Shown here: positions 43,470 through 59,043 of the stretch, in pieces
Numbering within the stretch: position 1 is the stretch's first letter
Layout: the number at the start of each line of letters is the position of its first letter
Assembly: GCA_964016885.1 (NCBI GenBank)
Contig: OZ024742.1
Coordinates: 298,778,001 to 298,842,000 of the forward strand
Length of the DNA: 64,000 nucleotides
Direction: 5' to 3'
DNA from: Eledone cirrhosa
Taxonomy: Eukaryota
The notes under the pieces: generated by a model
The model's database searches: none
What the model saw: the letters and a program-made list of their open reading frames with translations, nothing else
What the model was told of the DNA's origin: nothing
Made by a program: the position numbers and the translations under genes

Positions 43470-44414
43470 TAACGTGTCGTGAAATTATTGATATTTTCCT
43501 GAACTCTAAAGATTGGAATGCAAACTTTACCCTCAACGAATTAAACTCAGAAATGAGGAAAAGCAAATTAATAATACTAAATATTACATCGACCCGTCTA
43601 TTTCCAAAAATATTTCAACATTTCAAAATTCAATAGAGTTAGAGTTTATTATCTTTTTTTTCTCTTGGTTTTGTTTTGTTACCAATATTTTCCCAGACAG
43701 AGAAAATAAATGATTGTTAAATATTTAAGAAACATGATGAGAATTATCAAGTAATATGTTTTCGAACAGATGGTTATTAGTAATATCATATTGTTTTAAA
43801 TTAATTGCAATGTCGATCAATGTTTACTTTGAATATCTATTTTTGTTAATCAACTTTGATTTTCACGACTCAGAGGCTGGTAACATAAGTAGAAGTTGGC
43901 ACAGATATCAAGAACTGTCTCAGATTAACACATGAACGAAAACACCCGCGTTCTATGCAACTCTTGTGTAAAGCGGAGAAGATTCAAAAAGCAGATAAAG
44001 AAAGACCGGAAATTCTCATGGAGTGAGCTTAGAGAAAAAATAAAAAATACAGGCAGTTGCAGGGAAATTTTGATAGGATATTTTATTTATCCCGGAAATT
44101 AAGAATTTAAGCCGAAATACAATCAAATTTAGCAGATAGTTATCATATCTCTGTCTTTGATTATGTCATCTTAAATTAGGAACGTGTTGTTAAAGAAAGG
44201 TTTAACCAGATAGAGAAAAGCAAGTATATCACGTAGTATTTTAGTTAAGGTTAATGCATTTAGGCGGTCCTTTGATACGTTTGAATACTGCTATAAGCAG
44301 TTGCTAGAAATATGAAAAATCATCCGTTAATTTTGACGATGAACATTCAATTTTTCGACAAACTATGCATCCAACACGTGAATTAACATCATATCCAATA
44401 CGTGACTTAACGTC

Positions 44415-44475
<61 letters not shown>

Positions 44476-44479
44476 GTCC

Positions 44480-44592
44480 GTATGTGGTTGACGGCTGAGA
44501 GAAGAGAGTACTCAATACCGAAGTAGCGTTGTAATATGCATTCTATTAAGGCTAAATAGTGAGTCTTGTTACTCTGTCATTAGACAAGAGCC

Positions 44593-44595
<3 letters not shown>
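44480..44595 (-). mobile_element. pLTR-like fragment homologous to 48425-48558, hammerhead core deleted
   Basis: Minus strand reads tcttgt CTAATGA cagaGTA acaaga ctcactatttagccttaatag...gtattgagtact. Confidence 0.65.
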
Positions 44596-44640
<45 letters not shown>

Positions 44641-44684
44641 TTGTGTGTGTGAGTGCCGGGTTCAATCGGGGGTAACCACAGTAA

Positions 44685-44851
44685 GTGAAGTACTCAATAC
44701 ATTAGTAGAGTATATACATTTTAATATAGAAATAGCTTCTACAAGACTAGAACTGTTTCGAAAGAAATCATCAGGCTTTTCCTGATGATTTCTTTCGAAT
44801 GAAACTGTTCTAGTCCCATAGAAGCTTTTTCTATACTAAATTTTATGTATA
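44685..44851. repeat. Fold-back of a hammerhead-containing pLTR fragment
   Basis: Arms 44712-44775 and 44781-44851. Each arm reads CTGATGA tttc.. GAAAC .gttcta GTC outward. Confidence 0.75.
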
Positions 44852-44966
44852 TAAAGGATCGATCGACTTTCGTCAAATCGGACCGAGGAAACAATGTTTC
44901 CATTGGTCTTTCTAGTTGCTAATACTATCTATCGGTCGTAACTCCATGTAGAAGGAGCAACGTGAA

Positions 44967-45175
<209 letters not shown>

Positions 45176-46787
45176 AGATATATCATATATGGTAAAGACA
45201 TCATCCAGTCACAAATGACCATGGAATTTGCACCTAGAACATTTCTATGAGTTACTGGCCTGGATGAGCTATTTTTGTGGAGGATATGCCGTCTGTTATA
45301 TGTAGCAAAAATAGACACGATATACTTCTTTTTAGACTTCTATACACTGCTAACTGAAAAAGTTTCGTTTCTTCTATATTTTTTGTTAACTATTCATTCG
45401 GGTAACCCTCGTATTTTCCGAATTCTCAGATAAGGAGAATATTTAATGGTTATTTTCTGAAACTAAGTTTAAATTAGTTATTTTGTAATATAAAAATGAT
45501 GGGATAGTATAGGCGAATGAATACGTTAACATATTCCTGGATAATGAATCCAAATGGTGTTCCGTCTTTGTCCATGGTCAATATATTTAAAGCTACCATT
45601 GATGAAACTAACCTAACACAATTTATATGGCTTCGAGAAGATCTGCATTAACAGGATCAGAAAATAACTAGTATTAGATATCCATGAAATTTCAAAGATA
45701 CAATGGACGCATCAACTTGTAGTAAGCAAAGTTATAACTTTATCGAAGTATACATAGAGGAAGACTATAACATTCCGATTCAAACATGATAGAAGCATGT
45801 GCAAGCATTACTGAATACAACATACAAATGGACATCCATCTATTTCGACGATGAGCGTTATAGTTGTTGCATCAACGGAAATGCTTGCTTGTGAGATTAA
45901 CGTGTAAGTGACAGAACATTGCACAAACACGTGTACCCTTATTCTCAGGAAGATTGGGCCTGACACAATATGTGACAAATCTGACCCCTTACGTCACAGG
46001 TAAAGTTACCAAACAGTTTCTGTCAACCTAATTTTACTCAAAAGAAATAAGTTGATCCAAACGACATTTGCTTAAGATACCACGCTAGGGATCGAACCCT
46101 GGACAAATTTATTTTTAAGCCAATTCCTTAACCATTCTAATATATTAATTTATAGCTTGACTCTTATTTCCACCAACCAGTTCACCCATTCGACTCGATA
46201 AGAATTTCATGGTTATAACGATTGATGGTTCAGAAATAACATGAGGATCTCTGATCAGAGGTTTTGCTTCTGTCTAGTGAGATAGTTAACTAATCTACAC
46301 TACGCAACACAAGCTTTCTAGATGTAAGTGCTACCAGTGATAAACAACTCAGTGTTTATTTTCATAACTTGATAATGTATTTACCGTGCACTAATGTAAA
46401 TGTGTGCCTCCTAACTGTTGGGCGCACGGTGGTAATGTTGTAGTTTCCATTTCATTACAGGACGGCAAGTTGTGCTTTTGAGCAAAATACTTCATTTTAG
46501 GTTGCTGAAATTAATTACCATCAGTAACCGAGGGTTAAACATGTGTTCTTAGTTTCATGTTAATAAAACTGGGATATGACTTGACCCGATAATATCAATT
46601 TCTTACAATTTGATCAGAAATATGCATCACCGAGCCATCACCGCTAGTGACTGTTGTGGATAGGGAGATGGAACTCATTTATTAGTGGAATCGTTAGATT
46701 GTCGAGACAAAATAACTAGCGGTACTTCGTTACATCTATTTAATCCTATAAATTAGCCACTTTCATCCACCCTCAACACATATGTAT

Positions 46788-47653
46788 TATATAAGCTATG
46801 AATAATGAGGCTTATACGACAAATATGTTATGTTATTATTAAATAAATTAAAAAAGAAATCATTATTGCAAATATCAAAACAGTAGCTTTAGTAATAGTA
46901 AATGTTTCTCTTACTTCACCAAGCATCTCATTCCAATTCTCTTTACCACATTAATCACTGGCTCTATTCCAATCATCGTCTGCAATTCATATTTTGTTTT
47001 CTCTCTCTTTGAACGATACCTCACCCCTATTCTTTTACAGCGTTCACAAAACAGAATTTCTATATTGAAGTTTCACACAAATATTAACATTTTAATATCA
47101 ATATTAGCTCTATCTCTAAGAATAATATGCATATTTGTAAACAAAAAAAATGAAGTAACCAAATATTTCAAGAACGTAATTGTATAGATAAGTATGTAGG
47201 AGCACTTGTGAGTTATTTTTGTCTGAGAAAACATATAATCAGATATAAAGTTTATAACAGACAATATTTAATGTCAGGAAATACCACATGCATTATCGAT
47301 ATATTAGTAAAGTTGTTTGGGCTATTCAAGACAAAAATAACGCAGAGAATTTCATGGAAATTTCAATTTAGTTTCCCATTTCATTAATTTTTCATTTCAC
47401 GGATGAATTCCAATGATTTGAATTACGAGTTTATATATTTGAAACGTATCTAAAAACAAATTTGGGAATGCAATCTTCACAACAAATTATTGATTATACA
47501 GCATAAATTTAACTTTAATCTTTGGTGAAGTAAGAGAAACATTTACTATTACAAAAGCTACAGTTTTGATATTAGCACTAATGATTTCTTTATCTATTTA
47601 ATAATAACTTATAACATGTCTGTTGTATATGCATCATTATACATCGCTTATAA
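46788..47653. repeat. Diverged inverted repeat (about 135-bp arms, about 600-bp spacer); MITE or PLE relic
   Basis: GTAATAGTAAATGTTTCTCTTACTTCACCAA pairs with TTGGTGAAGTAAGAGAAACATTTACTATTAC. Confidence 0.8.
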
Positions 47654-48427
47654 AATATAATGCAAGGAACAAGAAATATGCAACCATGCTATCAGGTGCA
47701 GGTGACCTCAAAAGAAGACGTTCATATTCTCGGTTCACGTGACACATTCTCTAGCGGCAACCTGATACCATTCAGATACCAACGCATACTTTGCTGCCCA
47801 CCAGGCCGAAGAGGGCAAACTGTCAAATTATCGGCTGCTCTGTGGAACGGAGCTGGTTACCCGCAAGAATAAGCCCCTCGAGATGGAGTGGCTGTTCCAG
47901 CGCATCACCTTCGTGGCCCTTCGTGGCAATGTCTTCTCCATCCTGTCGACCGGTACCACCAGACAGACTCTCCCTTAGATTATGTTGTTCGCAACCAAGT
48001 TAACATTTAAGTCACTAAAATATACTTCTACATGTATGCGTGGATGTGTGTATGTATGTATATGTTCATTTCCTCCCCTCAATCATTCAACAAATAAGAT
48101 CTTCAGTGATAGTGATGCTTACACATTAGAGAGCACGTCTAGGCTTTTCTCACTGCGTACTATTCAAAGTGAAGCCTGGTGAGGCGCGTCGATATTTTAA
48201 TTCTCTCCACATTCAGCACCTCAATTATACTGAACAGTTAAATTTCTATGGCTAAATTCATATTTTGTATGGCAAGACAAGCTACTACTCTTTATCGCCG
48301 TCTTCTTCCATCCCCCACTGCCATTCCAACCCTGCGTATCCTTTGATAATCACCCTTCTCAATTAAATCCTCTTCCCTTCACCCAAGAATTTCTTATTTA
48401 TACTGTGTTTGCCATTGAAATGTTAGT

Positions 48428-48478
48428 TCTTGTCTGATGACCCTGAAATAAACAGGTGAAAACTCCAGAGTAAGAAGA
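48428..48478 (+). ncRNA. Degenerate type I hammerhead in a pLTR-like fragment
   Basis: tcttgt CTGATGA c cctg-aaataaa-cagg t GAAA actc ca gaGTA agaaga. One extra A in the core. Confidence 0.6.
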
Positions 48479-48555
48479 TTCACTTTTTAGCCTTAATAGA
48501 CATGAATATTAAAACTCTACTTAGGTATTAAGTACTCCCTTCTCTCAGCCATTAA

Positions 48556-48661
<106 letters not shown>

Positions 48662-49926
48662 TTTTAAATTTACATGATTTAATTAAGAAGAGATACCACA
48701 ATTCATATAACTGCGAAATAGTCGAAGGAATCGGGTAAATTACTCCTGCAAAGGGAAAAATATAAGTAAAAGTATGAGGTTGTTATACTTTATCATACTG
48801 TAGTCTGTGTTTCACTGCTTTATAAGTAACTTACATTTTAATGGCTTTTTATAATAATTCAAGTACATACGTATCTTTATATTTTACATGAGTGTGTACT
48901 GGATAAAATGCATTGCGTGGATACATATTTTTAAATGAATTCTATATCGGTGCCACGCACTTCTGTGTCAAAGCAGTTCGGCATTTTGCTATTATTTTCC
49001 AGGAATAGATATAATATATACAGGTATTAAATTATGGATCATGTAAATTCCTTGTACACCTTCCAGTTTGTTAAAGTATATGTTACAGAAGCTCCTTAAT
49101 CTAAACCTTTGTAGATATACCTGTAATAATATCCAATTGAATGCGAATAAATTCCAGTTCTTGGCAGACATGTCTGTTAAAATATCAATAAATCTACAAA
49201 GTAAATTACCACTGCAACGCCAGGGAAAATGAGCTGCTTCTTTTCTTGAAGAAAATACATAGCTAAACATTTAATATAAAAGTAAGAATAGTTCAGTTTA
49301 GGATTTCTTCATAGATCAGATGTTTGAAATATCGTTAAAACAATGGATGTGCCTTAACATTAGTTCTTATAATCTTTCACTATTTACCAATTATACAAGC
49401 CAGTAGATATGAAGTAAAGTAATTAGATTCAATGTATTCTGTGTAGGCGGCAGACTTTCCCCCTTTGCGTGCGTATCGTATGATTAATATATACGTACAC
49501 AATATAAAATAACTAACAATATTATTAATGTATCTGAAATATATATAATTTATCTGAGAACAGAAATTTAATGTATAACGATCAAATGACTTCGTCAGTA
49601 ACCTAGCAACCAAGTAAAAATAACCAGAGGTGAATTTTTGCTCAAGTAGAAATGTGCAAGTTAAGAAAATCTAAGAAAGAACAGTTTTACAAATTCGCTT
49701 TAATAAGTGCTGAGTAGCCAGTAGTAACTGATCGTTTTAGCTATATAATCTTCTATCTATCTTACCAGGTCTATAACAACTGTTACGATACTCTACTTGG
49801 CTTCTTTTTTACACACATCTAAACACAAGTTGTCTTACGCATTGAAGTCATGTGACGAATAGTCTTGCTTTTCAGGAAACAACATTTTGCTAATTATTAT
49901 GTTTCGTATTATTTACTCTAGTGTCA

Positions 49927-50146
49927 GGGCGGTGGATTGCCAGTATCGGTATAACATCGGACGCCATGCTTTGCAGCATAGAGTTACGGCCCTTTACGGT
50001 CTGAGTTCAAATCTTGCCGAGGTTAACTTTGCCTTTCATCCTTACGGGGTTGATAAAATAAAGTACCAGTCACGCACTAGGGTCGATTTAATCGACTTTT
50101 CCCTACCTCAAAATTGCTGGCCTTCTGCCTATACTAGAAATCATTA
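49927..50146 (+). mobile_element. tRNA-derived SINE
   Basis: Full head, B-box GAGTTCAAATC and conserved body. Confidence 0.9.
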
Positions 50147-52070
50147 CTTACTCTAGTCTCACATGTCATACGAGAAGCCACTGTGTGTAATAATAGGTAG
50201 ATAATTACAAAATGTATAAATATATCAGTAACAATAAATTAATGAATTCACTGTCTAAATTCACTATTAGAATTAAACGATTCGTTATACAGCTCACCTT
50301 CAAACACTACAAATGTATTATTAAATAAAGCAGTGATTTGAAAAATAGAAAGAAAAGAAATACGAGTATATTTGTGGATATTTTTCTTGGTGTCAAAAAC
50401 AACGAGTAAAGAGTTTAGAGCAAATCTAAAGTTTGCGCAAACGCTACAAACAAGTGACAATTAGTTGTTTGTGTGAATACATGCATGCATGTGCGCGCGC
50501 GCTCTCATTGTAACGTTTGTTCTCTGCTCTCCTATCTCACTCATGCTTTTTCTAGAGGCCTGATGTGAGAATGATGGCCTGGTCGGACTAGTTAGCTAAG
50601 GACATCGAGTGTACATAATATGAGTTACGAAAAAACGAGTTGAGTGGACATGAATGGATTTGGGACGGATTCAGGAAGTGCAGAGGAGTAGAGTCAGCTG
50701 TATGCGTGTAGTTGAGGCCGATGGGTGAAATGAAGGATTTTAGAGTACATTGGCGAATGACTTTACGCTAATCAATCAGACTTCCCTGTTTTCGATGCCG
50801 TTTAAACTTTCTATATATACAGGAGCAGAATTGTCCGAATGTAGAAGCAACACTTCGATGTGGGTCCCACTTGGGCTATATAAATTTATAGTAGTTGTTG
50901 TGAAATTAATACTTTCCTCTGCCCCAGAAGAGAAAAATTAAGGCCAGACGTTGTGATGCAGTTTTTTCTAACATGTGCCAGGAGCGATCATCAGTAATAT
51001 TAAGTCCTGTCAATTGTATTGACCTTGAGGGCTTGTCGTCTGTTTATGAAGCAAGTTAAAAATTGTTTTCTCCATGTGTGAAATGATTGCCTCTTTGTAG
51101 TGTTGAAGGAGACAATATTGTCATAATCTCTTTCTATATAAATGTTATTGAAGTTATTGTGTCATTTCCTTGTCGGTGTTCGTATTAGGATTCAAATAGT
51201 GAAAGTATTATTATGTGCATGAATTATATATTGGGTTAGCTACTGCTACTATTCCTTGTATATTAAATATAGAAGTTTGTCGCTAACTACAGTTGCTAAG
51301 ATGACTGCTTTCATTATAATGTTTTTGATTATATCAATTTAGCAGTATAATTTATATCTATTTTGCGATCTGATTCTGATTTCATGGTATAGACGCCATT
51401 TGATTGTACTAATGTTACATCTTGACATAAGACTTGAAATATGTTTGAATGTACCTTTGGTGATTAAGGCTCTCTTTGAAGGAATTTATTACTGCGTATC
51501 ATACTGCTTGTTTACTCAACTGGCGTTGCTTGCGAACTAGTAAATAAGCAGTTTCATATCACTTTTCTGTCATCGGATAAATTAATATTTTCTTTTAATC
51601 AAACAAACGATAATAGTAATAATAATGATAACAACAATAACTAATAATAATAATAATAATAATAAGAAGAAGACGCACGTGGTGGATAGAGTGTTATGGA
51701 ATCGCTTCCAAAAGTTTTTCATTTTTAACATATTTAAAACAATTATGATATAACAATTGTTAGTACAAATAGGAAATAAGGCACCAGTATTAACTCTCAG
51801 GAAATAAAAACCCATAGCACCCTGGCATATGGCTCAAATGTTTAATTTTGTATTAGACATTTTATATTCAAAAAAGAAAATGGTAATAAATGGAGGAAAA
51901 CCCCCTCTGTCTACACTAAATAGAACAGCCAAATAATGACAATTTCACCACCACAAGCTAAATACACCACCTAACACCCCCCTCTGTGCACACTAAATAC
52001 AAAAATATAAATACTAAATACAACAGCCAAATAACGGCAATTTCAACACCACCAATCCCAGCATAATAAT

Positions 52071-52259
52071 AATTGTTTCTATTTTAGGCACAAGGCCACA
52101 ATTACTCAGTACATTACTGGTACTTTATTTTATCGACCCCGTAAGGATGAAAGGCAAAGTTAACCTCGGCGGGATTTGAACTTAGATCATAAAGGGACGT
52201 AACTCTATGCTTCAAAGCATGGTGTTCGACTCTCTACCGATACTGCCAATCCACCGCCC
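52071..52259 (-). mobile_element. tRNA-derived SINE with TSD
   Basis: CCAGCATAATAATAAT on both sides. Confidence 0.9.
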
Positions 52260-52761
52260 AGCATAATAATAATAATTATTATTATCATTGTATGTCAAGT
52301 TTTCTCAAAATGTTTAATTCCAATATTAAAGAAATATGTCAACATTTATATTAAACATAGGCGACAAACCGCATAGATATACAAAAAGATGAAACAAACG
52401 AAATACAGTAATAACTACAGTAGTATAGTAACTACAGTAGTAGCTACAAAATTCAGCCAGACAAACGCCATCAATACAGTACCACTATCCCATCACCGTC
52501 GCCACTACTCCATCATTGCTACCACCAATATTCCCCCACTATCTTCTGTTAACTTAAGAAAGGGGAGGGTGGAGGTAACACTAGACAAGGGAGAGGCTAA
52601 CAAAAGATATAAATAGACTGACATAGTGACTCGGTCAAAAGTTAACGTCTATGGCAATGCAATTCTCCACCAACAATAGAAAGAGCCCCAGCAACACTGG
52701 CATAGCCAACAACAACAACAGAGGCAACTTCAACAAAAAGTATATTATATTATTAATAATA

Positions 52762-52875
52762 ATTCAAATCTCGCCGAGGTTGACTTTGCCTTTCATCCTT
52801 ACGGAGTCGATAAAATAAAGTACCAGTAATGCACTGGGTAATTGCTGGCCTTGTGCCTAAAGTAGAAACAATTAT
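52762..52875 (+). mobile_element. 5'-truncated SINE
   Basis: Starts at the B-box. ATTATTAATAATAATT flanks. Confidence 0.85.
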
Positions 52876-52884
52876 TAATAATAA

Positions 52885-54617
52885 TTTCTTTTTTAGCCAC
52901 GCAGGGCTCACATCAAGGAACCACTCATGATAATAACAATTTAAAAAACCCCCCCAAAAAACCCCGTGACCAAGAAATACCGGGGTGGCGGCCGGCGGAG
53001 AATAGCCGTGTTTCTAGGGGAGCACGACCCCTCTAGTCTTGGTTGACACTCGTCCTAGGAGTGGTAACACGAAATGATTACCTCTTGGCGGTTAAGGATA
53101 AAACGCAACAAAATAAAGACAATGTCAAATGATACCGGGTCGGTCGTCACCCGGGTCAAAAAGGGCCGCGTCCCTCAGAGAGGAAACAGACTGGGGTCGA
53201 AAAATTAGCTAATGGTTCAAACCTTCCCATCAATTCGGAGCTGGAAACCTCCCGTAACCGGAATACTCCTACTATTGGCCCTCCATGCTCACCACCAAAA
53301 ATTCCAAAGAAAAAGAGAGAGAAATGGTCAAGGGAAGATAATAAAGATGACCTTGAGGCTTTCTACACTGCCATGTACTACCTATCAAATAGATTGAATA
53401 CAGAACAGACGTATATCAACTGGAAAAAGAAACATCCCGAAAACAGAGACTATATTGACAGTAACAAACTAGCTAATATACGAAGAAATATTGTTAAGAA
53501 AAAGTTACTAACTGATGTAGAAATTGATCAGATCAAGCAATTAGCGCAAAGTCAGCGAGGGGAAAATGAAGCATGTGTCCAGAGAAAACGAAGTAAATTG
53601 TAACACTTCAAATTCCAGGGTTGGGGCGGAATCGCGGACAGCAGAACAAATTAAAGAAAGGATCGCAAAAGTGGAAGGAGTGCATGGTCAAGACAAAAAT
53701 CAAAATGAAAACATTGTGATCGTCGATGATAAAGAAGTGAATGAGAATGAACTCGCCAACTTGAAGAATGAAATCATGATCGAATGGATGAAAATGAAAG
53801 AATCTGACATGGGGGAACGAGACACTCTCCCTAAGATCCAGAACTCCAAACAAAACCAAAGGATAATACTCAAGACTAACATAATTCTCAAAAACATTAT
53901 CATCACAAATAAACTACACTTAGAAAATTGAAAAGAAAATACTGTATAAAATCAACAAGTGACATAGACGTGCTGATAGAAATAATCACGCAAAAAGTGT
54001 CGGCCAAAGCTGCTCGTATAAGACGGGCTCGATAAAATAAAGTACCAGTAATGAACTGGATAATTGCTGGCCTTGTGCCTAAAGTAGAAACAAATAATAT
54101 GTTAAAAAACAACCAAAGAAACTTCTACAGAAAAATTGGCAAGTCAACAATAACTGCTAAATCAATACCACACAAGGAGGATGTGCAAGAATGCTGGGAA
54201 AAGATCTAGACCGAAGAAAAAGTTCATAATATACATGCCCCATGGATAGACAGACAATGAAAAATACAGCTCACCTTGAGGAACAAACATGGGAAAATAT
54301 AACAGTTGAACAGTTACGTTTGGCTCTTAGAAAAAACACCAAATGGAAATCTCCAGGAAAAGACAAAATACTAAATTTTTAGATAAATGCCTTCACAGAG
54401 TCTCATGAGCTGTTAGTCCAACTTTACAATGAAATGGTTAAGGAAGATCCTGTCAATATAAGTACATCACAAGTCTAAACACCTAAAGATGCATGTGTGT
54501 GTATGTATGTTCTTTCTTGAACATGGCGGGCCTTGTCTCTTGAGGTCACTGGTTGTTACTTGGTGATAACTCGTATGAACATAAAGCAAGATAAATGCAA
54601 CTGTAATAATAATAATA
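52885..54617 (+). mobile_element. Internally deleted R4/Dong-like LINE relic
   Basis: IDSNKLANIRRNIVKKKLL, QKVSAKAARIRR and KWKSPGKDKI. Structured 5' region, (TAA)n at both ends. SINE fragment at 54029-54095. Confidence 0.72.
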
Positions 54618-54894
54618 AAAATAAAAATGTTTTGACTGGTACTGCACACGTATTGAGAAGAGGACTATCTCTGTAAGATTGATATCCTCCTTGTATTTAC
54701 ATATGCATATGCACATGTGTATACTGGTTCTTTGTTTTTTTTTAAATTATAATCAATGTGCTGTATTAACTGGCTTACCAATGCGCACTGTGAATTTATT
54801 TATAGGTGTCGGGAAGGCACTCAGCATATATCTCAGAAAAAATAATGAAAGAAAATAAAAACAATAATAATAATAATAGTAATTGTTTCTACTT

Positions 54895-55117
54895 TAGGTA
54901 CTATACTAGGAACACTAGGTACTATCTCGAAGAGTTTTCAATGGTGGTTAAAGAATCCATCCCCCTTTTTTGGAACACTTCAAAAGGAATGCTTGCTGGG
55001 AACAGCAATAACCCTCCGATACGCCCTGGATATCTGAGGCTGCAGGTAGCGGCTTCATTTGAACACACTTTCCTGTTAAATAACAACTATGACTGAGGCT
55101 CCAAGGAAAAAATAAGA

Positions 55118-55168
<51 letters not shown>

Positions 55169-56505
55169 AAAATAAAAGAACAATTAAAATATCTTATGGT
55201 TCACCAAGAAACGCGTCCCCCAGGAAGGGGCCCGTTTGCGACCGAAAAGTCATCCGCTCACACAAACTCTTCTTCGATACAGAACTGGATGGTTACTTGA
55301 GCTGGGACTGCACTAATCCGAGCGCTTTAAGTTCACCACCAGTAAAAGAAAATTGTAAACGCATCAAATAGATTCGGGAAGAGTGTAAAGAAGTAATATA
55401 CACTTATTACTATGCATTAGGTAAGCCATCTTAAGAGAGACACGCCGCAAATTCTTACAAAATGTGGAGAACAGTTAGTTAAGATAGCAGACCTTATTTG
55501 AATGAAAATATGTTAGCAAATGTTAGGAGGTTATCTTCAGAAATAATAAACTCAGATACAGAATCAATTGCGATCACACACGAAATGGAAACTGACCTAA
55601 ATGTATAACGGGAAGGAAATAAAGAATGAGATAAAGAGAATGGCCAGCCACAAGTCTTAATTTAAAGGTTACCAGCTGACCAAATCAGGTAAAGGATTCA
55701 AGAAATAAGGAATTCTAATGAGTGAGATGGAAGTAACTGAGGAACGTGGGATAGAAACAGAATTTGAAGACCAAGTATTTGTTGAAAAATGCTGAGTGGC
55801 TATGATCGAAGTGAAGTTTGAAATTCTGAATGAGTTAGCAGTTATAATATATACAAATATGCCAAAATATAAAACATAAATTTTGGTACCTATGCAACAG
55901 AAGAAATCATACAAAGATTAGAACCTGATCTTACTGAGTTAAATGAAATTATTTACGCATCTGCTGGAGTAATTGAAACAAAATGTATGCCTCCGAAAAA
56001 ACAATGGAGGACAAACATAAGAACGAAGCCACAATGGAAAAGGAAATTTGAAAAAAGAGATTGAATTAATGAGAGGAAATATCAATATTAAATGAACTAA
56101 TCACTGGAAATAATGTAAGATCCAGAAAAGGAAGAATGTTGAAGAGAAAATATTGATTTTCACCAAGAAAAGAGCTGATATCAATAAAGGAAATACTGAA
56201 ACAAAAAAAGTCCAAGTAAAAACTCAAATAATACGAAGATTTGAGAAAAGGAATAATTTCTACAAGCAAAATAAGTTGATCGCATCCAAAGCCAAATTAT
56301 TTTAAAGAGAAATAGGGAAGGAGAAAATAACCATTGAAGACCCTGCTTCTATGGACGAAATTGAAAACATTTGGAGAAAGATTCAGAGTGATAAGAATAA
56401 ATACAAGGATTGGATCAGAGTCAAAAGACTTACAAAACTGTGCAAGAATAAGCATGGGAAATATCTCAATAGAAGACGTAGGGATGATACTCACAAAGGC
56501 TCACA
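54895..56505 (+). mobile_element. Second degraded R4/Dong-like 5' portion
   Basis: YLNENMLANVRR, KPQWKRK, TQIIRRFEKRNNFYKQN and EIENIWRKI, with many stops. Follows a (TAA)n run. Confidence 0.6.
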
Positions 56506-57674
56506 TGTGATCGCCTATTGTTATTTTCATTTTGCGTTTGGACGACAACCATTCAAATGTTCCTAAATTCCTAAGCCAACTTGATGCATATACCTTTAGC
56601 TACAAACTTAAAATCTAATTGACTGCACTTTAGTAGCTAGAGATGTCATAGCATAATAACTAACGTATTTGATCGACATCTATGTGATGCCTAGTTAGAT
56701 TCTTTGCAAGCTCCTCAATACAACGTTTCCCTTTTCCAGATGTAATTTCTTCGGGTTTTCCAACTATTACTTGTAGAGAACAACAATTATTATAGTTATT
56801 TTGCGTTGAGACGACTATGTTTCAGAATTCAGTGAAATCTATTGTATAATTTAATAACAAAGTAAACAATATCTTTATTAAACAAATTCCTATTGCTGAC
56901 TACAAAGCCAGTGCGTCTCATATAGATCAGTACATTTAATATGCACTTCTTTACAGTGTTCCTCACTTTTGTTTCAAATAAAAACGTTCTTTAGTTCCTT
57001 ATTAGCCAATTTGTTTACAAGCAACAGCCTACAAATTCGCAAATGTGATTAAATTCAATAAAAGGCAATTCTAACTTTTAAACAGTCTTGAATCTATTTT
57101 TATTTCGTTATTTCAATTAGGCTAAAGTCTAATTATTACTAGGAAAACTAATTAATATTTTTTTAGAATTCTCCATAGTTGATAATTATAAAGTATAAAA
57201 GTGTTTATGGAAAAAAAAACTATTTTTTTGTCTGAATGCCAGCATACGTAATGGACGTTAACATACAACTTATTGAAAGTTAATGATATTCATGATTACT
57301 TCATATGCTTCGAAATAGTTACATTATTAGCATATATATAACTTTAAATCCATGACTGTAGGTTTTCCTTTTAAAAATTGTAATATAACGCATACACTGT
57401 TAATGTGAATTTTACTTTAATTTTCTTATAATACATGTTCAACAAAACTCCAATTTGGCTCCGGAGCTTCCTTCTGGATACTACTTAGTCGCAAGAAATA
57501 TTTGATATAATTTCAGGCGTGAAAACCATCCTAAAGATTCAACTACATTTATTTAAAATTAAACTTCAAAGTCACTGCTCATTTCTTTCGGAAATTAATA
57601 CTAATAACTATATGTATTGCATGATTATTCGTTTAATAATGCTTTACCATACGCGTGTGCGTAACAATCTGTCT

Positions 57675-57676
<2 letters not shown>

Positions 57677-57748
<72 letters not shown>

Positions 57749-58036
57749 TATATATTAACCTACATTCAGTGGCAAAGCTCCAATTCGGGAGTTCAGGTGC
57801 TGTGGGGAATGTGGAGTTACCCCTTAGTTATCATAAATCCCAGGTCTGTTTGGCCCGGAGTAGTAGTACCTGTTATGGCCTCCTTTATGGGTTAAATAAT
57901 TACATTGATCGAGTGGCGCCGGTAAGGTATTATATATACACACACAAATATATATATATACACACATATATGTACATATACATATATATATATGTACATA
58001 TATATATGTACATATATATATATATATATATACATG

Positions 58037-58113
<77 letters not shown>

Positions 58114-58359
58114 TATATATATATGTGTACATATATATATATATGTGTACATATATATATATATATGTACATACATATATATATATATGTACATATATAT
58201 ATATATGTATATATATATATATGTACATATATATATATATGTACATATATATATGTATATATATATGTAGATATATATATGTACATATAAATATGTACAT
58301 ATATATATGTATATATATATGTAGATATATATATGTACATATAAATATGTATATATATA

Positions 58360-58390
<31 letters not shown>

Positions 58391-58493
58391 GTGTACATAT
58401 ATATATATATATATACATATATATATGTACATATATATATATATATATGTATATATATATGTACATATATATATATATATATGTATATATATA

Positions 58494-58547
<54 letters not shown>

Positions 58548-58669
58548 TATATATATATATATGTACATATATATATATATATGTGTATATATATATACAT
58601 ATATATGTACATATATATATATATATATGTGTATATATATATATATGTACATATATATATATATATGTG

Positions 58670-58724
<55 letters not shown>

Positions 58725-58806
58725 ATATATATATATATATGTCCATATATATATATATATATACACACACATATATATATATATATACATATTTATATAT
58801 ATATAT

Positions 58807-58888
<82 letters not shown>

Positions 58889-58944
58889 GCACATATATAT
58901 ATATACACACACACACATATATATATATACACATATATATATAT

Positions 58945-58985
<41 letters not shown>

Positions 58986-59000
58986 TATATATATATATAT

Positions 59001-59043
<43 letters not shown>

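Noticed and set aside
47660-48003. GC-richer island with short ORFs
   Set aside because: No recognisable motif or splice structure. Probably a repeat relic.
49003-49280. Possible plus-strand exon (TTTTCCAG ... GTAAGA)
   Set aside because: Stops occur in all three frames soon after the acceptor.
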